NCBI GenBank assembly: GCA_965208385.1
Contig: CBDBOO010000093.1
Location: 181,284-213,283 of the forward strand
From: Endozoicomonas sp.
GTDB taxonomy: Bacteria; Pseudomonadota; Gammaproteobacteria; Pseudomonadales; Endozoicomonadaceae
DNA length: 32,000 nt
Reading direction: 5' to 3'
Both the position numbers and the translations under genes were made by a program. The notes under the pieces were generated by a model, which was given only the letters and a program-made list of their open reading frames with translations, was not told the origin of the DNA and ran no database searches. Position 1 is the stretch's first letter, and each line of letters starts with the position of its first letter. Positions 24,183 through 32,000 of this stretch are shown here, piece after piece.

Positions 24183-24815
24183 TTATTTCATGTGATTTAA
24201 GCCGTCGAGCAATTTTTTGCGCCCCAGGAATAACTGCCAGCGACTGCCGCCCAGCTGCCGCCATAGCGTTGCTGAACGAATTCCAGCCAGCAAAATTGCG
24301 CGTATCTTACTGGCCGTGGCCGTTGACTGCAGATAGCGCATATCTCCGGTAACCTGAATTTTTGATTTGAAAGAACTGATGGTATCCGTATAAATGCTGG
24401 CCAGGCTGGCTAAGACATTTTCGTGGAGCATACCGAAGTGGTTTGCCTGCTCCTTTGTTCTATCGAGTCTCTGGCCGATGACGCCCAGCATTTCTTTATT
24501 GCGACTGAGTTTTTTCTCAAGATGGATTATGGCGAGCGTGTATCGAATAACGTCGCTCTGGATTGTTTGGGTGTCGCGATTCAGCACTGAAGACAGTAAT
24601 TTTCGACCGGGGTCGAGATTGTGAAAACCGTCATAAATTTCTTCAGTATTATCCGGGGATGTAACAAAAATACTGTTAATGGACGGACGCAGATCCTCTT
24701 CTGTGATCTGTCCTGTTTTTGCCAGACGTTCCACCAGCCCTGCTGCCTGAAAAACGCCAGACAGCGCGGCTGCCTGCTCTTTTGTTGCCTGCTCTTTTGT
24801 CGAATGTTGCACCAA
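24183..24815 (-). CDS. hflD: High-frequency-of-lysogenization protein HflD homologue
   Basis: 210 aa and positioned between mnmA and purB, as in E. coli and other gammaproteobacteria. The N-terminal region (VFQAAGLVERLAKTGQ) resembles the E. coli HflD N-terminus. Confidence 0.8.
   Translation of the reverse strand: MVQHSTKEQATKEQAAALSGVFQAAGLVERLAKTGQITEEDLRPSINSIFVTSPDNTEEIYDGFHNLDPGRKLLSSVLNRDTQTIQSDVIRYTLAIIHLEKKLSRNKEMLGVIGQRLDRTKEQANHFGMLHENVLASLASIYTDTISSFKSKIQVTGDMRYLQSTATASKIRAILLAGIRSATLWRQLGGSRWQLFLGRKKLLDGLNHMK
24771..24800 (-). repeat. Perfect 15-bp tandem duplication in the 5' end of hflD (encodes TKEQA-TKEQA)
   Basis: TGCCTGCTCTTTTGT occurs at 24771-24785 and again at 24786-24800, in frame. 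Confidence 0.95.
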
Positions 24816-24881
24816 TTAAATCTCTGTTAACGATCGGCTCTGAATGTTATTCGTCTATCCCGAATTCAGGTTTGACGAGTT

Positions 24882-25997
24882 CTATCCGGTTGTTTCTTTG
24901 GTTGCCAGTCTTTTTTCTATGACACCGCCACCAAGGCAGATCCGGTCATCATAAAAAACCACTGACTGACCCGGGGTTACGGCTCTTTGCAGTTCATCGA
25001 AGATAACTTTGTAGTTGCCGTTTTCATCCTGTTCGAGCAGGCAGTCCTGATCTTTTTGACGATAGCGCACCTTCGCTTTGAGCTTTCTCGGCAGCTCCGG
25101 CGGTTGACCGTCAATCCAGTGGATCTGGTGTGTTGTAAGGCATTTTGAAAACAGTTTCGGATGCTGGTTTCCCTGACCAACGATCAGGGTGTTGCGATCA
25201 AGGTCTTTTTCCACCACATACCAGGGCGCTTCACTGGCGTCTTTCAATCCACCGATACCAAGCCCCTGTCGCTGGCCAATGGTGTGATACATCAGGCCTG
25301 CATGCTGTCCGATTACAACACCTTCGGTGGTTTCTATATTTCCCGGCTGAGCAGGCAAATACTGTTTAAGGAAATCACTGAATCTACGCTCTCCTATAAA
25401 ACAGATGCCCGTGCTGTCTTTTTTGTTATGAGTGATCAGTTCGTACTGCTCTGCAATGCGTCGTACTTCCGGTTTTTCCAGTTCACCAACGGGAAACAAT
25501 GTTTTTGCCAATTGCTCTTTGCCCACGGCATGAAGGAAGTAAGTTTGATCCTTGTTGTTATCTATGCCTTTGACCAGTTGCGTTTGTCCATCCACATCCA
25601 CGCGACGGCAATAATGGCCAGTAGCTATAAAATCGGCACCTAATGTGACAGCGTAATCCAGAAAAGCTCTGAACTTTATCTCTTTATTGCAGAGAATATC
25701 CGGATTCGGTGTTCGGCCATTACGGTACTCAACAAGAAAGTGCTCAAAGACATTGTCCCAGTATTCCGCTGCAAAATTGGCTTTATGCAGCTTGATGCCC
25801 AGCGTGTCGGACACTGCCTGAGCATCAGCCAGATCATCCATGGCTGTGCAATACTCTGTGCCGTCATCTTCTTCCCAGTTCTTCATGAACAGTCCTTCTA
25901 CCTGATAGCCTTGCTGTTGTAAAAGCAAGGCGGATACAGATGAGTCGACACCACCGGACATGCCGACGATTACACGAGTTTCAGAAGGTTTTTTCAT
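24882..25997 (-). CDS. mnmA: tRNA 2-thiouridine(34) synthase MnmA
   Basis: PP-loop motif [10 protein letters not shown] and full-length MnmA-like sequence. The track ORF starts at a GTG at 26003, but the ATG at 25997 (MKKPSETR...) is more likely. Confidence 0.93.
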   Translation of the reverse strand: MKKPSETRVIVGMSGGVDSSVSALLLQQQGYQVEGLFMKNWEEDDGTEYCTAMDDLADAQAVSDTLGIKLHKANFAAEYWDNVFEHFLVEYRNGRTPNPDILCNKEIKFRAFLDYAVTLGADFIATGHYCRRVDVDGQTQLVKGIDNNKDQTYFLHAVGKEQLAKTLFPVGELEKPEVRRIAEQYELITHNKKDSTGICFIGERRFSDFLKQYLPAQPGNIETTEGVVIGQHAGLMYHTIGQRQGLGIGGLKDASEAPWYVVEKDLDRNTLIVGQGNQHPKLFSKCLTTHQIHWIDGQPPELPRKLKAKVRYRQKDQDCLLEQDENGNYKVIFDELQRAVTPGQSVVFYDDRICLGGGVIEKRLATKETTG

Positions 25998-26348
25998 AAC
26001 CACTATATATGCCTAAACGAAATGCCTAAGAGAAGAAGAAAAACAATTTTCTTCAGGCTCACTCAAGAAGAGTGAAATCACAAAATGTTTTGTGGTAAAG
26101 CCAGAAAAGAATCGAGTATTCTAACGCCAGCGAGCGATCTGCGCCAGATATTGAAGAGACGGTAGTGGAAATTCCAGATGGCAATTTCGCTTTTGTCACA
26201 AAACTACATTTATTCCTACGCAAGTATGTTATATCTTATAGCCCGATTTCTGAGGGTAGTTTTCGAATACCCTGAGCACAATAACGACAAAATCGCGCAA
26301 ACAGGTCAAATTACGACCGAAATTGTTCATTAAAGAACGGAGTTAATT

Positions 26349-27605
26349 ATGGGATACCAAAAGATCACGGTGCCTTCCAGCGGTGACAAAATCACTGTGA
26401 ATGAAGACCTTTCCCTCAATGTCCCAAACACCCCTGTCATTCCTTTTATTGAAGGTGATGGTATTGGTGAAGATGTAACGCCACCGATGATTAAAGTAGT
26501 CGATGCTGCTGTTGAGAAAGCTTATTCAGGCGAAAAGTCGATTAAGTGGATGGAAGTGTACTGTGGTGAAAAAGCTACCCGGGTTTATGATGAGAATACC
26601 TGGATGCCTGCCGAGACACTGGAAGCACTGAAAGAGTATGTTGTCAGTATCAAAGGGCCTCTAACAACGCCTGTTGGTGGTGGAATTCGTTCATTGAACG
26701 TTGCTCTGCGTCAGGAACTGGATTTATTCGCATGCATTCGCCCTGTTCGCTGGTTCGAAGGGGTTCCCAGCCCGGTTAAAGAACCGCATAAAACCGATAT
26801 GGTTATTTTTCGTGAAAATTCTGAAGACATCTATGCCGGTATTGAATGGCAGGCAGGTTCAGCTGAAGCGGACAAATTGATTGCATTTTTGAAGAATGAG
26901 ATGGGTGCTACCAAAATTCGATTTGAAGAGAATTGTGGTATTGGGGTCAAGCCTGTTTCCAAAGAAGGCACCCAGCGTCTGGTTATGAAGGCTATCCAGT
27001 TTGCTATCGACAACAACCGCAGGTCGGTTACTCTTGTGCACAAGGGTAATATCATGAAGTTCACTGAAGGTGCCTTTAAAGACTGGGGATACGAGACAGC
27101 AGTTGAGTTTTTCGGTGGAGAGCCTCTCGACGGTGGTCCATGGCATACCATTAAGAACCCGAATACCGGAGAAAATATTGTCATTAAGGATGTCATTGCT
27201 GATGCTTTCCTGCAGCAGATTCTGCTTCGTCCAGCTGAATACGATGTCATTGCCACATTGAATCTTAATGGCGACTATGTATCGGATGCACTGGCAGCTC
27301 AGGTTGGCGGTATCGGCATCGCTCCGGGTGCAAATATCGGTGCACCGACAGCCGTCTTCGAGGCTACTCATGGTACAGCACCAAAGTATGCAGGTCAGGA
27401 TAAGGTGAATCCTGGATCCGTCATTCTTTCTGCTGAAATGATGTTGCGTCATCTGGGTTGGAATGAAGCCGCTGATTTGATCATAAAAGGTATGAACGGT
27501 GCCATTGGTGCTAAAACGGTTACCTATGATTTTGAACGTCTGATGGAGGGTGCTACTCTGGTGAAATGTTCAGAGTTTGCAGACGAAATCGTTAAGCACA
27601 TGTAA
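26349..27605 (+). CDS. icd: NADP-dependent isocitrate dehydrogenase (homodimeric type)
   Basis: 418 aa. [21 protein letters not shown] matches the E. coli Icd segment that contains the AceK-phosphorylated Ser. GGAG lies upstream of the ATG. Confidence 0.95.
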   Translation: MGYQKITVPSSGDKITVNEDLSLNVPNTPVIPFIEGDGIGEDVTPPMIKVVDAAVEKAYSGEKSIKWMEVYCGEKATRVYDENTWMPAETLEALKEYVVSIKGPLTTPVGGGIRSLNVALRQELDLFACIRPVRWFEGVPSPVKEPHKTDMVIFRENSEDIYAGIEWQAGSAEADKLIAFLKNEMGATKIRFEENCGIGVKPVSKEGTQRLVMKAIQFAIDNNRRSVTLVHKGNIMKFTEGAFKDWGYETAVEFFGGEPLDGGPWHTIKNPNTGENIVIKDVIADAFLQQILLRPAEYDVIATLNLNGDYVSDALAAQVGGIGIAPGANIGAPTAVFEATHGTAPKYAGQDKVNPGSVILSAEMMLRHLGWNEAADLIIKGMNGAIGAKTVTYDFERLMEGATLVKCSEFADEIVKHM

Positions 27606-27615
27606 ATAGAGTTCA

Positions 27616-27640
27616 GTCGGCAAGCTTCCTGCCTGCCGAC
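27616..27640 (+). terminator. Hairpin downstream of icd (possible terminator, non-canonical)
   Basis: GTCGGCA (27616-27622) pairs with TGCCGAC (27634-27640) around an 11-nt loop. The T-run (CGCTTTTTTA) only begins ~17 nt downstream. Confidence 0.35.
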
Positions 27641-27911
27641 GTCCTGCCTCTCTTCGCTTTTTTATCTCATGATCTGATTGTGCTTTCTTTTATTATCTTT
27701 AGAATGGAAATAGGTACGATAAAGAATTTGTAGAAAATTCTGGTTTTCAGGCATATTTTGGCCTGTAGCGCTGTAGCTCATGGTGCCTTGTGAGAGTACG
27801 TCATGTATCCAGTTTTTTTTATGCAGAAAATTTTATCGCTTATAGCACTAAATCTTTGGCACAAAGTGCCAATAACAAAGTGAGACACAACAGATTAGTA
27901 GTCAAATTCCC

Positions 27912-28268
27912 ATGAGTAATCTCAAACTGTTTCGTCTAAGCTTAGAGCGTGAGGGGCAGGAATCTGAAGGTGACCTGGCAGTTGCAGTAAAGCCGGAAAA
28001 GACCCGATTAAGCCCACCCCCCATGTATCAGGTCTTGCTCCTGAATGATGATTTTACACCAATGGATTTTGTTGTTGAGGTCCTGGGAAAGTTCTTCAGC
28101 ATGCCAGAGGAACAAGCAACGCAGATAATGCTGGCAGTACACACTCAAGGCAAAGCCATTTGTGGTGTTTATAGCAAGGATGTTGCTGAAACCAAGGCGC
28201 AGCAGGTGAACGAATATTCCAGAGAAAGCCAACATCCCCTATTGTGCAAGACAGAAAAGGCCGATTAG
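27912..28268 (+). CDS. clpS: ATP-dependent Clp protease adaptor ClpS
   Basis: 118 aa. The core [27 protein letters not shown] matches the ClpS family. It lies immediately upstream of clpA. Confidence 0.92.
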   Translation: MSNLKLFRLSLEREGQESEGDLAVAVKPEKTRLSPPPMYQVLLLNDDFTPMDFVVEVLGKFFSMPEEQATQIMLAVHTQGKAICGVYSKDVAETKAQQVNEYSRESQHPLLCKTEKAD

Positions 28269-28288
28269 CGTTTTCAGGGTTATATTAT

Positions 28289-30589
28289 ATGCTCAATAAA
28301 GACCTCGAGTTTACACTTAACAGCGCTTTCAGGGATGCACGAAGTAATCGTCATGAGTTTATGACGGTGGAGCATTTACTACTGGCGCTTCTTGATAATG
28401 AGTCTGCATCCAGAGTCTTACTCGCCTGCGGCGTTGAGCTGGATAAACTACGCAAAGAATTAACTGAATTTGTTTCATCAACTACACCACTGATCCCTTC
28501 CCATGATGTTGATCGTGAAACTCAGCCCACTTTAGGCTTTCAGAGGGTGTTACAGCGGGCTGTCTTCCATGTTCAGAGTTCCGGTAAAAAAGAAGTAACC
28601 GGTGCAAATGTTCTCGTTGCCATTTTCAGTGAGCAGGAGAGTCAAGCTGTTTTCTTCCTGAAACAGCAGGATGTGGCAAGAATCGACGTAGTTAATTATA
28701 TCGCTCATGGTATCTCAAAATTACCCGGCCAAGAGATGGAAGAGCTGGGCGGTGAATTGATTGATGAAGGTGATTCCGAAAGCTCCGGCAGTAAAAACCC
28801 TCTGAAAAGTTATGCGACAGATCTGAATGAACTGGCCAGGAAGGGGCGCATTGACCCTCTGGTGGGTCGAGCTGATGAAGTGGAAAGGGTTTGTCAGATA
28901 CTGACACGCCGCCGGAAAAACAATCCGCTTCTTGTTGGTGAAGCGGGTGTCGGTAAAACGGCTATTGCAGAAGGGCTGGCGAAACGCATAGTGGATGGAG
29001 ATGTTCCTGAGGTTCTTTCCAAAGCTGTTGTTTATTCTCTTGATCTTGGTTCTTTGCTGGCTGGCACAAAGTATCGAGGTGATTTTGAGAAGAGATTCAA
29101 GAAGTTACTGGGTGAAATTAAGAAACTCGATAATGCCATTTTATTCATCGATGAGATACATACCATCATTGGTGCCGGAGCGGCTTCTGGTGGCGTAATG
29201 GATGCATCAAACCTGCTCAAACCTATGCTGACTTCAGGTGATCTCCGCTGTATTGGTTCAACGACATTCCAGGAATTCAGAGGAATTTTTGAAAAAGACA
29301 GAGCGCTGGCTCGTCGTTTTCAGAAGGTTGATATCGTCGAGCCTGATGTTGATGATACCTATGAGATACTTCGTGGTTTAAAGAAAAAATTTGAAGAACA
29401 TCATGATATTGAATATCAGGATGTAGCCTTAAAGGCTGCCGCAGAGCTGGCGGATCGTTATATTAATGACCGGCACATGCCTGACAAGGCAATTGATGTT
29501 ATTGATGAGGCTGGCGCGTTTCAGCGCCTTAAGCCTGAAGATGAGCGAAAGAAAGTCATAGAAGTTGATGACGTTGAGAGTATTGTTGCTCAAATGGCTC
29601 GTATTCCGCCGAAGTCCGTGTCTTCGTCCGACAAGGAGCTCCTTGGAAAGCTGGATAGAAACCTGAAAATGGTTGTTTTTGGTCAGGACAAAGCAATATC
29701 GTCCTTATCAACAGCCATAAAGCTCTCTCGTGCTGGACTTAAAGCGCCCGAGAAACCTGTTGGATCTTTTCTTTTCTCTGGTCCGACGGGTGTTGGCAAG
29801 ACGGAAGTCTGTCGTCAACTGGCTAAAGCTCTTGGTATCGAACTTGTTCGGTTCGATATGTCTGAGTATATGGAAGCCCATACAGTTTCACGCTTGATTG
29901 GTGCGCCTCCAGGCTATGTAGGTTATGACCAGGGCGGATTGCTGACAGAATCCATTAATAAAACACCGCATTGTGTTTTGTTATTGGATGAGATTGAAAA
30001 AGGCCATGCGGATGTATTTAATTTACTTTTGCAGGTGATGGATCATGGGACTCTGACAGACAATAATGGTCGAAAAGCTGATTTTCGTAATGTGATTCTG
30101 ATCATGACAACCAACGCCGGGGCGGAAAACATGACCCGCAGTTCTATCGGTTTTGTAGAGCAGGATCATGTTACTGATGGCAATGAGGCTATTAAAAGGA
30201 CATTCACGCCGGAATTTCGAAATCGTCTCGATGCAGTTATATCATTCGATTCTCTGAATGACAGCATTATCAAGCATGTAGTTGACAAGTTTCTCACGGA
30301 GCTGCAAGCCCAGCTTGATGAAAAACGCATTCAGATTGATGTTGATGATAAGGCACGTGAATGGTTATCAGAGAAAGGGTTTGATCGTCAGATGGGCGCT
30401 CGTCCAATGGGTCGTATTATTCAGGAGTATCTGAAGAAGCCCCTGGCCGAGCAAATCCTTTTTGGCAAGCTTGCCGAAAATGGCGGCAATGTCATCGTTA
30501 CTGTCAGAAAAAATGAATTACATCTGAAGTTTGAAGCGACAAAGAGCCGCGCATCCGATCTTGAGGCAATCGATGGCGAAGCAGGATAG
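28289..30589 (+). CDS. clpA: ATP-dependent Clp protease ATP-binding subunit ClpA
   Basis: [14 protein letters not shown]... matches the ClpA N-terminus. There are two AAA+ Walker A motifs (GEAGVGKT and GPTGVGKT). The track ORF start at 28244 overlaps clpS and is probably an upstream in-frame artefact. Confidence 0.95.
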   Translation: MLNKDLEFTLNSAFRDARSNRHEFMTVEHLLLALLDNESASRVLLACGVELDKLRKELTEFVSSTTPLIPSHDVDRETQPTLGFQRVLQRAVFHVQSSGKKEVTGANVLVAIFSEQESQAVFFLKQQDVARIDVVNYIAHGISKLPGQEMEELGGELIDEGDSESSGSKNPLKSYATDLNELARKGRIDPLVGRADEVERVCQILTRRRKNNPLLVGEAGVGKTAIAEGLAKRIVDGDVPEVLSKAVVYSLDLGSLLAGTKYRGDFEKRFKKLLGEIKKLDNAILFIDEIHTIIGAGAASGGVMDASNLLKPMLTSGDLRCIGSTTFQEFRGIFEKDRALARRFQKVDIVEPDVDDTYEILRGLKKKFEEHHDIEYQDVALKAAAELADRYINDRHMPDKAIDVIDEAGAFQRLKPEDERKKVIEVDDVESIVAQMARIPPKSVSSSDKELLGKLDRNLKMVVFGQDKAISSLSTAIKLSRAGLKAPEKPVGSFLFSGPTGVGKTEVCRQLAKALGIELVRFDMSEYMEAHTVSRLIGAPPGYVGYDQGGLLTESINKTPHCVLLLDEIEKGHADVFNLLLQVMDHGTLTDNNGRKADFRNVILIMTTNAGAENMTRSSIGFVEQDHVTDGNEAIKRTFTPEFRNRLDAVISFDSLNDSIIKHVVDKFLTELQAQLDEKRIQIDVDDKAREWLSEKGFDRQMGARPMGRIIQEYLKKPLAEQILFGKLAENGGNVIVTVRKNELHLKFEATKSRASDLEAIDGEAG

Positions 30590-30596
30590 CCAGAGC

Positions 30597-30612
30597 GGGG
30601 GCGTAACGCCCC
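30597..30612. terminator. Short GC-rich hairpin in the 25-bp gap between convergent clpA and infA
   Basis: GGGGC/GCCCC stem around GTAAC (within 30597-30612). There are no flanking T/A runs, so terminator function is uncertain. Confidence 0.35.
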
Positions 30613-30614
30613 TG

Positions 30615-30833
30615 TTAACGGGAACGGTAAGTGATGCGACCTTTAGTCAGATCGTATGGTGTTAGTTCCACCTTTACTTTATCGCCGGTTAAAATACGAA
30701 TATAGTTCTTACGCATTTTTCCAGAAATATGGGCAGTCACTACGTGTCCATTTTCTAATTCTACTCGGAACATGGTGTTAGGCAAGGTGTCAATGACCAC
30801 GCCATCCATTTCGATACTGTCTTCTTTTGCCAT
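30615..30833 (-). CDS. infA: Translation initiation factor IF-1
   Basis: 72 aa, [72 protein letters not shown]. This is near-identical to canonical IF-1. Confidence 0.97.
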   Translation of the reverse strand: MAKEDSIEMDGVVIDTLPNTMFRVELENGHVVTAHISGKMRKNYIRILTGDKVKVELTPYDLTKGRITYRSR

Positions 30834-30955
30834 TAAAAATCTACCTCAAAGGGTTTGAATCGGCTGAAATCATTTCGCAGGGCATTCTGCCTGAAAAGCG
30901 ACGGTAAAGCAAAATCAGAGAGATGAATTTAATATGTCTGCAGTTCTGGAAATAA

Positions 30956-31663
30956 CTAGCTCAGTTGGGTCCAGCGCTGATTAACATAAAGTTCTATGGG
31001 GCGGTATTCAATTTTGTAGCTCATCTTTCGGCAGTGTCTGATCCAGTAGCCCATATGAAAATACTCCAGCCCCTGATTATGTGTCTCATTAATAAGCCAG
31101 AGAATACAAAACTTGCCCAGACTCCTGCCTGGAAGTTTCGGTGTATAAAAGGTATAAATTGCCGAAAACCCCGATGCCAGGGTGTCTACAACAGACACGG
31201 CTATGAGCTGCCCTTCAAGCCTGAATTCATAAAAACGACAGAGTTCAGGGCTGTCTACCAGAAAGCCAGTAAATTGATCTTTGGTAGCCGGGTACATATC
31301 ACCATCTTTGTGGCATGAATTTATGTAGCTGGCGTAGAGTTCAAAATATTCTTCCGTAAAGCAAGCTTTATGCTGACTGACATTCAAATCCTGATTTTTG
31401 TTCCAGGCTTTACGCTGGGAGCGTCTTCTGGAAAACAGTCTGACCGGAATTCTCGCGGGAATGCAGGAGTTGCAGTTTGCGCAATGAGGACGGTATATAT
31501 GGCGGCCACTTCTGCGAAACCCCAGGTCTGCGAGTTTACTGTAGAGTGGTTGCTCAAGGGATATGTCGGGATCCATGAATAATGTTGTGGCTTCCTGATC
31601 CGTCAGGTAGCTGCATTCATGGGGTTGAGTAGCAAAAAATTTAAGATCTTTATGGGCGGTCAT
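30956..31663 (-). CDS. bpt: Arginyl-tRNA--protein transferase family enzyme (Bpt; aspartate/glutamate leucyltransferase)
   Basis: 235 aa with an N-terminal Cys motif (CSYL ... CANCNSC) and an ATE_N/ATE_C-like layout. Its start overlaps the aat stop by 4 bp (ATGA), in the conserved aat-bpt-infA order. Confidence 0.88.
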   Translation of the reverse strand: MTAHKDLKFFATQPHECSYLTDQEATTLFMDPDISLEQPLYSKLADLGFRRSGRHIYRPHCANCNSCIPARIPVRLFSRRRSQRKAWNKNQDLNVSQHKACFTEEYFELYASYINSCHKDGDMYPATKDQFTGFLVDSPELCRFYEFRLEGQLIAVSVVDTLASGFSAIYTFYTPKLPGRSLGKFCILWLINETHNQGLEYFHMGYWIRHCRKMSYKIEYRPIELYVNQRWTQLS

Positions 31664-32000
31664 AATGAATGGTCATTCCATTGCCAGTCACCTATCCAGT
31701 GTGCACCTATTGGTGGTTTCAGGCAATAGTCATCCAGTATCCGGGTAAAGTTGTTTCTTGAAATAAGCTTTGCACCCATTGATTCAACGTGAGAGCTATA
31801 GACCTGGCAGTCTATTAATTCATATCGCCAGGCCTTCAGTTGCTCTGATAATGCAACCATGGCAATTTTAGATGTGTTCGGTGCAAGGCTGAACATTGAC
31901 TCGGCATAAAAAACTCGTCCGATAGAAACACCGTATAATCCGCCAGCCAGTGTGTCGTTGTTCCATATTTCAATCGAGTGTGCGGATCCTTCAATATGCA
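31660..32000 (-). CDS. aat: Leucyl/phenylalanyl-tRNA--protein transferase (partial; 5' end beyond the window)
   Basis: The reading frame stays open upstream of the track Met to the window edge. It translates to ...HIEGSAHSIEIWNNDTLAGGLYGVSIGRVFYAESMFSLAPNTSKIAMVAL..., matching the Aat core (GG.YGV..G..F.GESMFS). Confidence 0.9.
   Translation of the reverse strand, partial: HIEGSAHSIEIWNNDTLAGGLYGVSIGRVFYAESMFSLAPNTSKIAMVALSEQLKAWRYELIDCQVYSSHVESMGAKLISRNNFTRILDDYCLKPPIGAHWIGDWQWNDHSL

Noticed and set aside
26178-26333. 51-codon ORF (MAISLLSQNYIYSY...) in the mnmA-icd intergenic region.
   Set aside because: It has no Shine-Dalgarno sequence, overlaps the expected icd promoter and 5' UTR, and has a hydrophobic low-information sequence. 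It is probably spurious.
27856-27872. TTGGCAC-AAA-GTGCCAA upstream of clpS looked like a sigma-54 promoter (TGGCAC).
   Set aside because: GG and GC are separated by 8 nt rather than the required 10, and there is no TTGC -12 element. It is simply a 7-bp-stem hairpin or palindrome of unknown significance.
28244-28288. Extended ClpA start (track ORF begins at 28244, overlapping clpS by 25 bp).
   Set aside because: The canonical ClpA N-terminus [11 protein letters not shown] begins at 28289. The upstream 15 codons have no counterpart in ClpA and overlap the clpS coding end.
30590-30614. Expected a tRNA gene between clpA and infA, by analogy with E. coli serW.
   Set aside because: The gap is only 25 bp. 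I found no tRNA-like cloverleaf or T-loop (GGTTCGAATCC-type) motif here or elsewhere in the window by eye.

Overview
This looks like a chromosomal window from a Gram-negative, probably gammaproteobacterial, genome. That call rests on gene content and synteny; GC content was not computed. Coding density is high: I support 19 protein genes plus one tentative small ORF, and found no rRNA, tRNA, CRISPR array, transposase or integrase. From left to right: (1) 1-1249 is a very regular non-coding tandem array of a 141-bp unit with at least 9 units, cut off by the window start. Each unit folds on paper into a ~91-nt imperfect hairpin made of two inverted GTAG-headed arms (REP/REPIN/BIME-like), followed by a ~50-nt linker. 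(2) 1.3-16.7 kb looks accessory. It holds an M16 (pitrilysin-like) lipoprotein peptidase divergent from a TonB-dependent receptor, then an S9B DPP-IV-like peptidase, a SAM methyltransferase, and a translationally coupled GH2 beta-galactosidase and GH63-like alpha-glucosidase pair. Short tandem repeats (7-mer x4, 14-mer x4) and perfect palindromes sit in its intergenic regions. (3) 16.7-22.6 kb carries the glyoxylate-shunt genes aceA and glcB in divergent orientation. They are separated by a LysR regulator, an orphan secreted protein and a possible 43-codon ORF with its own terminator. (4) 22.7-32 kb is conserved housekeeping synteny: purB-hflD-mnmA, icd, clpS-clpA, and infA-bpt-aat (aat runs off the right edge). 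I see no recognisable defence, toxin or mobile system. The most unusual items are the structured repeat array, the peptidase/receptor/glycosidase cluster, and the aceA-LysR-orphan-glcB arrangement. All function calls come from motif and family recognition by eye, not from database searches.
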